DNA of 64,000 bases from NCBI GenBank assembly GCA_000320545.1, contig ADNK01001510.1, positions 62,001 to 126,000 on the forward strand, read 5' to 3'. The stretch comes from Bigelowiella natans CCMP2755. Lineage: Eukaryota; Protista; Cercozoa. The notes under the pieces are model-generated. The model did no database searches and had not been told where the DNA came from. It saw only the letters and a list, made by a program, of their open reading frames with translations. Positions 26,716 to 39,682 of this stretch are shown here, piece by piece. The translations under genes and the position numbers were made by a program. The stretch's first letter is position 1. Each line of letters starts with the position of its first letter.

Positions 26716-28330
26716 AGAACAAGAAGAAAACGGACAAGAACAAGAAGTTCAATGTTCAATGTTCAACAACAACAAGAAGAACAACAAGTGACTGGCTGGG
26801 ATCCATCGATGGACATGGTGGTGCATGCAGGGCAAGAGACAAGCAAGAGACACGCACATGTTCATGCATGTGCTCAGTCTCTGATCAGGTCTGGAGGTGG
26901 GTTGGCTAGTGGGGGCCCGATGAAAAACCAAAAAAACTTGTCAAACGTGGTCGATCATCAAGGTTCATTCTTTCATTCTTTCTTTCTTTCGACGTCGTCT
27001 GATCGACCCGTTGGGGAAGTGGAAAAAAAGGCCAGCCATCCTGCGCTGCTGGCACTCTTCACCAATTGTTTTTCGCCTTTCACATCGCACGTCAGTGTGT
27101 CCAGATGTGCACACAAGCTAGCAAGTGTGAACTGCGCACGTCAATGTCATCTCCGATGCTGCCTGCTAGCTGCGGCTGCACGTTGTTGCACGAGGTGGAC
27201 CCCGTCCACACACCCGCACCTGCATGGATGTGCACTTCAGGAAGGCGCAGCAGGAAAGCAGCACACGTGCCACGCACAACTCGGACGCGCACAGCGCCAC
27301 ACATTGATGAGTGTGAGCACAGAACACACCTGCAGCTTGCCAGCTTGCTGGCTTGGCAGAGCGTCAAAGTGCAATGCTTTGACCGAGAAACGACCAAAAA
27401 CGCTGTTTTTGTTCCAGTGTTGCGAAAAGTGTGAGAAGTTTGGTGAGAGTTGCAAGCAATGTGCATGGATGACGCTAGCTGCAGCAGTGTTTTGAATGCG
27501 CAAGCGCGTGCGTGCACGCTGACCACGTGCACACGAAAAATCCCAGCTAGCCAGCTGCGTGCGAACGTGTCTCACTTTCTCATGTTCTCACTGCGCGCTG
27601 AAGCTTCAAATCGCTTTCAAAAGCTCACGCTTGCTGAAAAAAAAACAAACTTGTCGCACAGGTTTGACCGAGCTAGCGAGCTGTGCGTGCGACCAGCTGC
27701 AATGCTGCTGCATGCACCTTCAGACCTGCACTAGCTGCGCTGCACGTGTCCGGATGCATGCAGCTGTTCAATTTTGACCAGCGTTCGCAATTGTTTTCCA
27801 CTCATTCCCATCTAGCTCATGCATGAGTTGAACAATGGTTTGACACGCAAGCCAACATTCCAACATTGTGTGCAGAAATTGGCATTGGCGATCCACAAAA
27901 CCAGAGAATGAAAGCAAACGTGCCACGTGAGCATGCTAGCATGCGCTGTGCATCGATGCGCAACTGCGAATCAGCATGTCGTCTTGCTCTGCTTGCAATT
28001 GAGGCCTTGAAGAAGGAATGGGAATGAGCTGTTTTGCTGCTTTAGCCCAAGTACATGCACGTGTGAATGACAATGCAGCATCATGTGCGCTGCACCATGG
28101 CTTCCTTTGCTTTGGCCCAGGCAATCAGACCATTTCAAGTCTCTCGATCGAAGTGTCCAGCTAATGACATTCAATTTTGTCGATGAGAATGAAGAAGAAC
28201 AATGTGGAATGCCCAGGATGCTAGTCTTCGGGTAGCATTTGTGATTGGTGCAGATGTTCATGTGTGATTACGCGAAGAAGGTTCTAGGTTGTGTCTGGGT
28301 CAAAGAGTTTTTCAACGCCATTTTGGAGCA
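26716..28330. other. Strongly TpA-depleted island 3 (degenerate repeat/TE-derived DNA)
   Basis: Manual count: 9 TpA in 26716-28040, all within CTAG. Long Tyr-free spurious ORFs. Confidence 0.85.
27031..27479. mobile_element. Degenerate MITE-like element with ~45-bp imperfect terminal inverted repeats
   Basis: Left end gccagc-catcctgcgctgctggcactcttcaccaattgtttttcgc versus reverse complement of right end gctagcgtcatccatgcacattgcttgcaactctcaccaaacttctcacacttttcgc. Confidence 0.4.
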
Positions 28331-28692
28331 AGACATTGCTTCTCCAGTACGCAGAGCTGCATTTAAACTACTGTGCTCTTTAACTCAGGTTGCACCTTAC
28401 TGAGGTTTTGCTCCGCTACTTCATTGATCATACCAACAGTCGACCGCCTCTATAGACCATGACAAAAGACAAATAGTACCACATAATAAACACAATTGTT
28501 CACACTCTAAAGTTGTGTAACACTATAGCCAACACACATTAATCAAGGCCATCCCCTCAAAAAGAGTTTAGAACCTATCTCTCAATCTCTCTGTGTTTAG
28601 TGCTAACTCACATTTAATATATTCTATAATTTAGTGTTAAATGACCACCGTTTTTTCACTTCTTTGCTGTGTGTCAACTCTCGAAAGCGTAT

Positions 28693-28855
28693 TCACGCTG
28701 TTCCGACTCTGTTGTAATTCATTGATAAATCATCATCCTATACTTTAACTTTTTGTTTCAAGTATTAAAAATTCGTAACGTTTACTTAAAAGCCAAAAAA
28801 TAGTGAACATCTCTGTTGCATACTTCATCAACTCATACTCTATTTTATTATAAGT

Positions 28856-28921
<66 letters not shown>

Positions 28922-30343
28922 ATAACATGCATTTCAATACATTGTACAAGCATGGGGAGTACTTCTGTTGGTCCTTTCGAGACCGCCCTTGCATGTGAAA
29001 AACCCCTTGAGCTATGAAGGGAGGAGGGCCTCGAAAACATTGATCCTTTATTTTTCATTCTTTCCACGCCTATTTTTTAAAAGATGTATTCAGTATGCAC
29101 ATAATGTTGTTCTGGCAACAAAAAATGTATTGTAGAGATATCATTGTAGTAGCGACAATGAAAATACAATATCTACTATGCTTATATAAAATAAGAACTT
29201 ATAAATGCGACGTCGATAATAATACATGAAGTTGCAATATCTGCCACTAAAGTTATGGTGGTGTTGCTACTACCAAGATTTACTGAAGTTTTGACAACAT
29301 GGACAGCTTTGTGGAATAATCTGGTCAACATTAAGATCGAAAGACCCGTTGTAACGACTGCAGTGTAGTGAATCTGATCCAGGATATCAGCAACAATTAT
29401 ACAATGGTCACAAATATTAAAATATAGCAAATTAAAGATGCTCTTCTTGTTTTGGTGACAGGGTTTTTCTTATTGTTTTCCTTCTATTTTTTGTGGGCTT
29501 TGAATTATGCGTAAATCCTCACAATGTTAACGACGATAACTGAGCCGCCAAGCAATCGTAGTATCACGCCGGTGAGAATACCAATCTGCCACACACACAA
29601 TCATCCACCATAGATACATGGTGAAAGGTAGAAGCAGGCAATACACACAGACACGCACACACGGAGATGGTTATCAGCATGCAATTTGCTAAATAAGAAT
29701 ATACCATTGATAAGTAAAAAGGTGGTGTTTGTGCCAGCATAGCCAGCTACTGTACGCTTATAACGTACCCGACATATTATGGTCGTTCCATAGTAAATTA
29801 GAGCAGCAGTGACGTTTTTCTGCAGGAGAAATCAGCAAGCAACAACATGTTTGAAATTCTTGGAAGGAATGCTTATGGGGAGAGGGTATAAGCATTTTGC
29901 TACTGTATCTGCTACTGATAGTGGTGACTATTCGGAGGGAGTTGCCAAACTTAATATAAGACAAGAACTAATTTGATCAATTACAGGAAATACAAACTAC
30001 CGCATTCCAGATCTTGTACATAATGATACAGTACCTTAACAATATGTTAAGGAAACAATTAATCTTTTGTGGTATCATCCTGGACATTCTCTCTTAGTTT
30101 CAAACATATATTTACAAATCGTATTGCGTTTTTTGGATGTGTGGATGTGTGTGTAACAATGAATGATCATGAAAGCAGCTACTTACAGGATTATCTCTAT
30201 GCCAATGAGCAGACAACTTAGAATCCGGTATGCAAAAAGTGGGATCAACATCGGGACAGCAAATGCGTACGGAATCAAACCGACAACTGCACATCCTAGC
30301 CATCTTTTGATGTACATCCTAAAATATATAAATTTCAATATAT

Positions 30344-30399
<56 letters not shown>

Positions 30400-31118
30400 T
30401 AAATAGAGGGTATGTTATGAATCAGAAACCAACTGAGTTATCTTTATAATGCTAAAGAAATTACAAGTATCTTCATCAATGCTGCTTGTGGTTATGTAAA
30501 TCTAAACAACATCATTAACATATGGAGTGCCGAGCGAAAGGGGAGGACAAGTTTCTCAATTGATGTGCCTTTGTTGTGGGGCGTGTAAAGAGAATGCAGA
30601 AAATGGACAGGGAAGGGAACGAGATAAGAGAGAAGGATAAAAGGAGAGAATCATGTGAAAGTTTGTTTTCATGTCATGTTGGCACCAATTTGTTTTCTTC
30701 TGGGACTTCATATAAAAGATACAGTGCAAAAATTGAATACTTTCGACAATGCCTGTTGCCTATAAAGAAAATGTAAACAAAATACTTCTCAATAGCAGTA
30801 GTATAACGCAGACAGGTGGGGTTAAAGATAGAAAGATATTGTAAGACACTTGCCTATTTTTCAGTTACCGCAATCAGCTGTCCCGCGCAGTTAAATAAAA
30901 TTAAAATCTGATTGAAGAATAGCACGAGGGAGGTTACGACAATGATGTAAATATTTAGAGATACTACATAGAGCTGCTTGAGCAAGAAAAATAAATGAAG
31001 GAGTGAGGCACCCTCCTCCTCCTCCTCCGCCTCCCTCCTCCTCCTCCTCCTCCTCCAAAGAAAGATAACAATTCAGCACCGCTACCTGGGTAGCAGATGC
31101 TGGGACAAAGGCAACCAT
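28693..31118 (-). CDS. Hypothetical multi-pass (possibly 7TM) membrane protein, multi-exon; both ends approximate
   Basis: Hydrophobic GT-AG exons: MVAFVPASATQ|ILILFNCAGQLIA|GIVESIQFLHCIFY; CAVVGLIPYAFAVPMLIPLFAYRILSCLLIGIEIIL; IGILTGVILRLLGGSVIVVNI; IHYTAVVTTGLSILMLTRLFHKAV; YCIFIVATTMISLQYIF. Ser-rich cytosolic-type tail. Confidence 0.5.
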
Positions 31119-31311
31119 AATAATTTGAACCTGTATCAATCCAAACCAAGGCAACCATAATAATTTAAACCTAAATCAATCCAGTAGTTGTTCGAATTGA
31201 TACTATTCTTCTCTATCATTCCCTTGAATCAAAATGATCTTTTTACCGCTGTCAAGAGAATCGCTGCGATGTAGGAACATATTACAATCTGCATTTTAAT
31301 TTTACCATACT

Positions 31312-31950
31312 TTAGGTCAGCATGACCACAAATGAAGTTGAAAGTAGTAAGTCAAACAGAGGATGATGAAAGTAGTAAGTGACAGCATCGGGAACTAAGT
31401 CAAGTACCATCCTACCATTTTCAACCAGGCATTTCTGTAATGCTTGACAAACACGAGTAGCACGTAGAATAAAGCTAGTGCCGGAATCAGAATGGCCTGT
31501 TGGGGAGGCATACAGATAACGTAAATGACATATTAAAGCATTTTGTGCTTCTGCCCAGCCATCAAGGCTCACAGATTTACCAACACCTAACGTTTGAATT
31601 ACGATACGTGTATACTCACCAGAAGTGTCCAATCAGTTACTGATAGGGCTGGCATGTGAGCGAAAGAGTTCTTCCCTCCTCTCTCTCTCCTCTCTCGGAA
31701 GATCGATATCCAGATATCTGTCCTTGATCGATGGATGATTGGCAACGTTTTTTTAAATATGTGTAAGATTGTGCGTTGTTCATTGTTGTCGCAAAGGATA
31801 AATACACTGCATTTTCTTTGCTAATGTACTCGTACTGTTTCTTAGCTAGTACATGTACCGCCTCCAATGGATATTTTCTCGTACGACGTCAGAGTTTTCT
31901 ACGGAAATGACCCACCTTTGGGCAACTTTTACAGGTAATACCCGCATCGC
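31312..31950 (-). CDS. Possible coding exons (hypothetical), or 5' region of the membrane-protein gene
   Basis: Non-repetitive ORFs 31312-31632 and 31637-31867 with no recognisable motif. Confidence 0.25.
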
Positions 31951-32524
31951 ACAAGATTCTACTCCTCCCCGGAAAATCTTATAAAATAAGATCACCTAAA
32001 AAAAACTATTTAAAACTAGGTGGTATTTTTGGTAAAGCTTCCTATTCAACAGATACGACAACAATCTCCAAATAATATCGGTTGAGTTTATAAATACAGG
32101 TATCGAGCACAGATCTACTCAATGAAAGGAAGAGAAGTTGTGCAATCGCGAATAAATTAAACAAATAATATGTAGCCGATTATTGTCGGACGGTTGTCGT
32201 CGTCTTTGATTGTCGTCGTTCGTTCGTTACATTGGCGTTTCACAATGACGACTTACGGATATAGCTGTTTCATCTATGTGAAAGAAGATCATCGACGTAG
32301 TCAGCCACAGTCATCGTACCAGTCGTAGTGTGAGTGGGGTTCATTATTATTCGGAGATAGTAGTACTAGTAGTCTAGAGTAGAAAAGCAAGCAGAACAGC
32401 AACTAGGGAGGGGCATCAGGTGATAACCAAGTAAGTACCACTTAAAACAACTCTCACTTCGCTGCTTAAGAGGGGGAGGAGGGGCGGCTTGTCTGAAAGG
32501 GGTGGGGTTGCGCAGCTTTCAATA

Positions 32525-32598
<74 letters not shown>

Positions 32599-32764
32599 AG
32601 TATTCTCTTCACTCTCTCAACCTCATTTAAGATACAGGCTGTGTTTCTGTGTTCTCTCTATTTTCACCTTGCATACTTGTGTTGTTCTCTGGATTATTAT
32701 TGATTGATAAGGGCGGGCATTTATCCATCCTCTGATGTTCTGTTATCACTACTTTATAGCAGCC

Positions 32765-32826
32765 ATGAGTGTGAAAGTTATTGAGAGGGTGCTGAACAAT
32801 TCAAAGTGTAGCAGCGGCAGTAAAGT

Positions 32827-32858
<32 letters not shown>

Positions 32859-33444
32859 CCCTAGTACATAAAAACTTTATATAAATTCTGCATGCTGTTT
32901 GACCTCATCTCGCTATGAAACTTAATTTGTTCCACAATATGACTGTCAAAACATAATCTATATTACTCAGCCGTCATCACCGATTTTGTCCCTAAACTAT
33001 GGGTGGGTTGTTGCGTTTGCTGGCTTCTTTATGCATCTTGCTCTTGGAACGATGGTAATATTATTTGTGGCATTAGTAGTAGGTTTAACTCCTAAAAGTT
33101 GTAGTAGTAGTAGTAGTATTAGGAGGAGGAGGAGGAGGAGTGTTAGAAGTAGTGACTAGTAGTGATAGTAGCATGACGGGTCGGCATACGCTTAAAATAC
33201 ACCAGAAGCAGATTATAATAAAAACGAGCAATCCAGATTCTCACTTCACATACCAAACACTTGTGTATGTATGCTATGTATGATGTGCTCGTCATTAGTA
33301 TTGTTGGGGTACTTTCACTCCCTATATTACCTCGTATCTCCGCAAATTCGACCCAAGCATTACATACAATGATACTATACTTGCTCTTCTGGCTGCACCG
33401 GTAGTAACAAGAAGTATCGTGTTTATGTACGTAGTCGTCAAAAT

Positions 33445-33475
<31 letters not shown>

Positions 33476-34670
33476 CGTAATTGTTGTTGTTGCCTTACTT
33501 ATCTACCTCACTATCCACCAAACAACTTCATATCATGCCACATTGAATCATCAGTCCAATTCGGGTTATTGTCTCCTCCATCATCATCATCACCATCCTA
33601 ATCATCATCATCCTAATCATAGTCTATAATTTTATTACTCCTTAGGCTGCACAAACAATAGGATTTCCTATTGGAGGGATGATAGAGCAGAAGCTTGGTA
33701 GAAGTATTCGCAGTAGAGGGTGGTGATGGTGGTGGTAGTGGTAAATAGTAGTTAAAAGCAGCAGGAGCAGCCTTAGCCGTAGTCTTGATAGCAATAGTAG
33801 TACCAGGTATAGTAGTGATACCTATAACTAGCAACTACTACCGACAATGATAGGGTGGTCACATTATCTAATGAAGATGATGATAACAATGGCATTCTGA
33901 CGACGTAGACAACAACAAGAAGAAGAAGTAGAGGAAGAAGAAAAAGAAGACTAAGAAGAAGTGATTGATCATCTTAGCTCTAGTCCTATCCACTACTCAT
34001 TACATGTACATACTTGAGGTATAAATAGGTCATCATCATCATCTTCTTCTTCGTCTTCTTCTTCTTCTTTTTCTTTATCCCTTCGCGTATGTAGGTCCTA
34101 GGATCACGTCTTTATTGGGATCTTGGATTATGTGTCTTGGGGTGTTTCTGTCTGCTTTCGCAACATCAGTCTCATCACTGGTAGTAGCTGTATATGCTGC
34201 TGCTACTGCTTCTTCTTCATCATAACTAATGAATTCTATACGGAACACCAGCTATTTAGTACCCAACTCGAGAGAACAAACCTGATTTAGTTTTTAACAC
34301 AACGTTGCATGTATTGTGTTTATTACTGTTACTACTACATTATTACCTTTATCATCCTCCTCCTCTTTATCATCTTCACTTCTTCCTCTTCCAAAACACA
34401 CAACATAGGTCTTCTTCTACGGAGTTATCTATGGTCATTCGTTGCACCAGCAACTTAAATTACAGTACTAGTATCAGATGAATTATGATTCGTGGAGACG
34501 AAGAATGAAACACCTTTCGCTCTCATTACGCATTATAGTCGCCACCATTGATCGCTATTATCATACTCATAATATTTAAGGCCTTGGAATGGGCATTGCA
34601 TATATGTGTCCTTTAAAATGTGGATATCGTTGGATGCCGAAAAGAAAAGGTATCATCATCATCATCATCA

Positions 34671-34705
<35 letters not shown>

Positions 34706-35214
34706 ATCATCATCATATATATAGACATTCTTCAGCTTTTCGTTGATTTCTTCAACATCTTCTTCTTCTTTTCATCTTTTGCTGCTGCTGCTGCTGCTGC
34801 TGATATATTAGGTATTATTTCTGGTATCGTTGTAACTGGGTTTGGGCTAGGTGGTGCTGCCTTTAATATCGTCGGTGCAACAATATGCAATCCTGAAAAT
34901 AAGACCGGTACTGCTTACTACTACTACTACCACCACCAATACTTGTAGTATTTTATTTGATATTCCGAGGTACTACGTGGCCATAAATATACAGGAACTA
35001 CTAAATAAACAGTTCCTTAATGCCTCAATGAGCTGGTTGGTATTAAACCAGGTACTCCCTACTTTGAAGACGACGTTGCATCAAGAGTGCCTACAATGCT
35101 AATGGTAACAATAAGAATCATGAAATGCTACGACTATCACGCCTTAAGAATGTGATGAGACTCTCTTCCTCCTATCTCTATATAGTATATATAACCATCC
35201 CTCCTTCTCTCTCT

Positions 35215-35260
<46 letters not shown>

Positions 35261-35982
35261 GATATTAGGGGGCATTTACGCTGTTTGTACAACACTTGGA
35301 GCGATGGTTCTTGTTGATCCAACAGAATCCGACATAAGAGAGGTAGGTAGGTAGGTAGGTAGGTAGGTAGGCGGTTCCATAAGAAAAAGAAGAAAAAGAA
35401 GAACAAGAGAAGGAAGTAGTAGAAGCAGAGACATTTGTAGGATTAGGAGGAGGAGGAGGAAAAGTACGATTTGTCGTTTATCATCAGCTACGACTCGAAG
35501 CGAGCTATGGATGCGGCCAAAGAGAAGAACCGCAAGATGAGGAAATGCAGCAGCCTTTGAAACCGGTAGTAGTAATAGTAGTAGAGTACCATCATATATT
35601 TAAATTAATGATGGATAAATCAACAAGTCGAAGCATTATTATACATATAAATGGACCTTGTATTATTCACAAAAATATTAGTGAAGGGTATGTGTACTAC
35701 TAGTAGTAGCGTCTGAAGGAATTTCTGATATGTCTCCACGCTATTCTAATCTCTCCCTCCTTGATCATCCTTCTTCGATGGACTTCTTTACTAATCAAAT
35801 ATCACCTGCATCTCAATGTTGTCTCTGCTGCTGTTTCTAATTGACAGAAACTGCATCCTTCTTCACCGATCGATAGCAGCAGTTTGAGCAGCATCAGTGG
35901 GAAGCCGAAAGGAGGAATGTACGAGACTTTGATGGACCCTCGTGCTGCACTTCTCTTTGCAATGATGGGACTCACAACATCG

Positions 35983-36013
<31 letters not shown>

Positions 36014-36294
36014 AAGTACTGATAGTTTTCTCTTACTAATACATACTTGTGTGTGTACTACTAATACTACTACTAATAATAATCAATGATCACGATCATA
36101 AGAAAGGTAGACAACAGTGGTGGTGGTGATGAGATAATTATCTTTATCAGTCAGGATTGCTAGTTGTTGGCACGTACAAGACAGTAGGTACAAGCAGTGG
36201 TGTATCCGATCAAGTTCTTACTCTTGTGGGCTCTTTGTCATTGGTACACATGATGCTTTTATCAGATCATCCACTTCATGGCTAAAATAGCGGT

Positions 36295-36326
<32 letters not shown>

Positions 36327-37685
36327 TAATAGAGTAATAGTAGTAGTAAGTAGTAGAGTAATAGTAGTAGTAAGTAGTAGGAGCATCAGCATGAGTGTGA
36401 AAAGAAGTACAACGATGGGTGCTATGCCGTCGAGTTAATCTGCATGTAATAATGTAGTGTTTCAATGGATTGGGAAGGATCTTATACGGTTCTTTATGCG
36501 ATAACATCGGATTCAAAACATCGCTCATCATAGACTTTTTCTCACAGGTTTAAGTAGAAATACCATAGAAGCAGAGAAAAAAGAGAATTACAAAAACAAA
36601 TATCACGTTGCAATCATGTTAAGGAAACAACTGACCATGGATGCTGGAAGATGATTCAGATTGATCTATTTTTTCTGTTGTTCAATGACAAGAAGCTAGC
36701 TGGCAGCTCTTGCAATTAATCACCACGTTACACAAGTGATGTTATTGTTCTGCTGCGTAGCATTCCTACTAACTTCCAATATGAATCATCATTATCATCA
36801 GTTTGTGATTGGCCTTCTGTTCATGATGACCACATCAATGCCTGTGGCCTTTACCGTAGTCGTGTGTCTAATGGTTATGAATTACGGTAATGATGATGAT
36901 GGATTACCGATGATATTTACCTGTAACACCAAGGAGGGGGGAGAAGAAGAAGGAAAAGAAGAAAAAACACTATTAAATCTCACTATCGTCTGTCTTCTTT
37001 TGTTTACCGTTATTATATTGACTGTATTAATGTCCTGCCATCACACTAATCAAACTCTTCTACCAAAAGAATGTATTATCTACGTTTGCGATTCATCTTG
37101 ATTGCTATTTTTGTGTTGTTGTCGCATTTAACTCATTGTCTTCTACCAATTCTACTGCTACTGCTGCTGCTACTACTACTGATATATCTTAGGAGGGAAC
37201 TTCTCCATGTATCCCACGGTAGAACAAGAGACTACTTCTAGCTTCGTAGAGGCAACAGAAAGCAACAGAAGCAAGCCTATTTTTGTGAAAAAAAGGATGA
37301 TAATGAAGAAATATATTGCAGAATCATTACATCATTGAGTTTTGATTTCTCGTGTTTCGAGAAGCGTCCTCCATTATATTTGTTCTGTCTTTTTTGTATT
37401 CTAAGTATTGAAGTGTTTCTTCTCCTTTTCTTCCTTCTCCTTATCCTTCTTCTTATAATCATCATCGTTGTCATCATAAATTTGATTAAAATATACTACA
37501 CTCAATAAGGTGACTGCGGAGATGTTTGGCACAGAAAGTGTTGCTTCCAACTACGGCTTCGTGTTTGCAGGATTTGCAACGAGCAGTATCTTACTCAAAA
37601 TTTGTAAGTAGTTGTTGGAATTTTTGCAGTAGTCGGTTTTGGCAGTAGGAGGCCTTCTACTCTCTTTTCCTCTCCCTCTCTCCCA

Positions 37686-37737
<52 letters not shown>

Positions 37738-38141
37738 CTGTGTAAACTTATTTTACAGAGCAAACTGTTTTATATCTTCAATTTTTGTCTGTTCCAAGTC
37801 ATGTATCACGGAATTATATGGTTTTCTCTTCTTTAGGTCTAAGTAGTGAATACTTAAGCTATGGGGCAGTTGTACACGGTGCCAATAAGATAGCCATTGA
37901 TATTACATCTGTTGTGGTTTTATTCCACACTTATTATTCATCTATCTGTCATCTGATTCTTGATTTTTTCCTCTTGTGAAAGTTTGGGTGTAGTGCATGA
38001 GTATCTATCTCTGGCCATGGTCTATATCTTCATTGTATCGTCACAATAGGAACTGCGGTTGCAAGTGCTATAGCCGGTGTGGGGGCATTCTTTCTTACCC
38101 CAAACGGGTACGAGACAACATCAAATTTATTACACGGGTAA
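32765..38141 (+). CDS. MFS transporter, oxalate:formate antiporter (OFA)/SLC16-like, multi-exon
   Basis: Spliced GWVVAFAGFFMHLALGTM|YCWGTFTPYITSYLR; GGMIEQKL|GPRITSLLG (MFS motif A); VFFYGVIY|GLGMGIAYMCPLKCGYRWMPKRK|GIISGIVVTGFGLGG; FNGLGRILYGSLCDNIGFK; GGNFSMYPT|VTAEMFG. Stop TAA at 38139-38141. Confidence 0.88.
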
Positions 38142-38549
38142 ATATCATTATGTGCGCAGCAATTAACACTTTTTTGGTGGTGTTTGTGAATTTAGTAACT
38201 CAGGCGAGAAGAAATTCTAAAAGTGTGCTGAACAACAAGATCAGGATGACGGCATGAATTCAATGTGATGCACGTGGAGTTCATCATATTCTTCTCTTCA
38301 TTTCACATGTCGCGAATCCATCTCAAGGGTTTATCGAGGCAACACAACTTCATTTTACACAATGTGTAGTGGCATCATCCATTATAGACAACGCAATATA
38401 ATAATATATATAAATGTATATATACATATATAATATCTATTGCTAATATTACTAATATTTATAATATTACTGTGTCTATTACATCCATCACCAGTTGTCA
38501 TTGATTTCATCTTTATTCACTTGACTGGCATTGTGGATGTTTGACAACT

Positions 38550-39380
38550 TATTCAATGATCTAAAAAATTCCGTTTTTCACCAGTCTGTTTGCATTAGCC
38601 GCACAACGAACATGTGCAAATCGTAGTAGCACAACATGCGATGTAGCAGAATATTTCAGGCACTACACAGGCATTACTAGATTATGCCTCTGCTGTGCAT
38701 GCACATGCAGGTCTAGAGGTCGCGACCATATGCTATGATCTTTGCAAGCAATTTCGATCGACGTGCACACCTGACACTGCGAGTGCTGCAATTACATTAA
38801 CAGATGTATCTGCATTCGCGCTGCGGTCATGTGTGAGCGTTGCTCTCCACGCACGCACCTTCGCACACACCGACTGTGACTGGTCGATGAGCACATCGCA
38901 CCCATCAACCTAGCAAAGCAGACGACAGCCCGCGTTCACGTAGTTGGTGTTGTTCGCTACAAACCTTCGCTCTCCATGATGAGGATTGTCGCAGAAACGA
39001 CACGCATGGCAAGTTTAATCATCCAGTAAAAACGCAAGAACAGGAAAAAAGAGCAGACCACATTAGCGCCGAGTCGTCCGAAGTTAACATCGTGCACTCA
39101 TTGCTTGCTTACGCACATTGGTGCTAGTCAATTGTTTGTGGCAATGCCAACAAGGACAACAGCAATTACATAAAAGCTCCGCGATGCTGTACGTTGTTGT
39201 CGTTGCATTGCACTTGTGCGATGCTTCAAACTGAATCACAGCGTCATGAAAATCGTGTCTAACAGGTATTTGCGCTTGCGCGTGCTCTAGCTCCCGTAAT
39301 ATGTGGCTTGATGGAATGGCCATGCGCTTAAAGTGCGCTTTGCCTACTCTGTACTCTGCTTGCAATGATCTGAATGAACT
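38550..39380. other. TpA-depleted intergenic island 4 (between convergent MFS and zinc-finger 3' ends)
   Basis: Partial TA loss with TG/CA/GC enrichment relative to the AT-rich 3' UTR at 38390-38480. Confidence 0.55.
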
Positions 39381-39682
39381 ACTCATTCCAGAACAAGTAC
39401 ATTTATTATGCGAAGAAATTAGTACGTGGACTAGGAATTATCCCCAAAAATGTTTACATTGCAGCACTTAACCAACATCGAGTGGATACATAACGCGATG
39501 TTATCCACAGCACCACATACCATCGAGAAATTATTCTGTAAATGGTTTATGTCGTCCTCTTTGTTACATTCGATGTTCTTCATGATGAGTGAATATCACA
39601 ATATCACAAAATTTGGAGCTGTAAACCCTCTAAGATTTATTCTTTTAAGTACATTGTGTGATACCTCCCTTGTAAAATTGCG

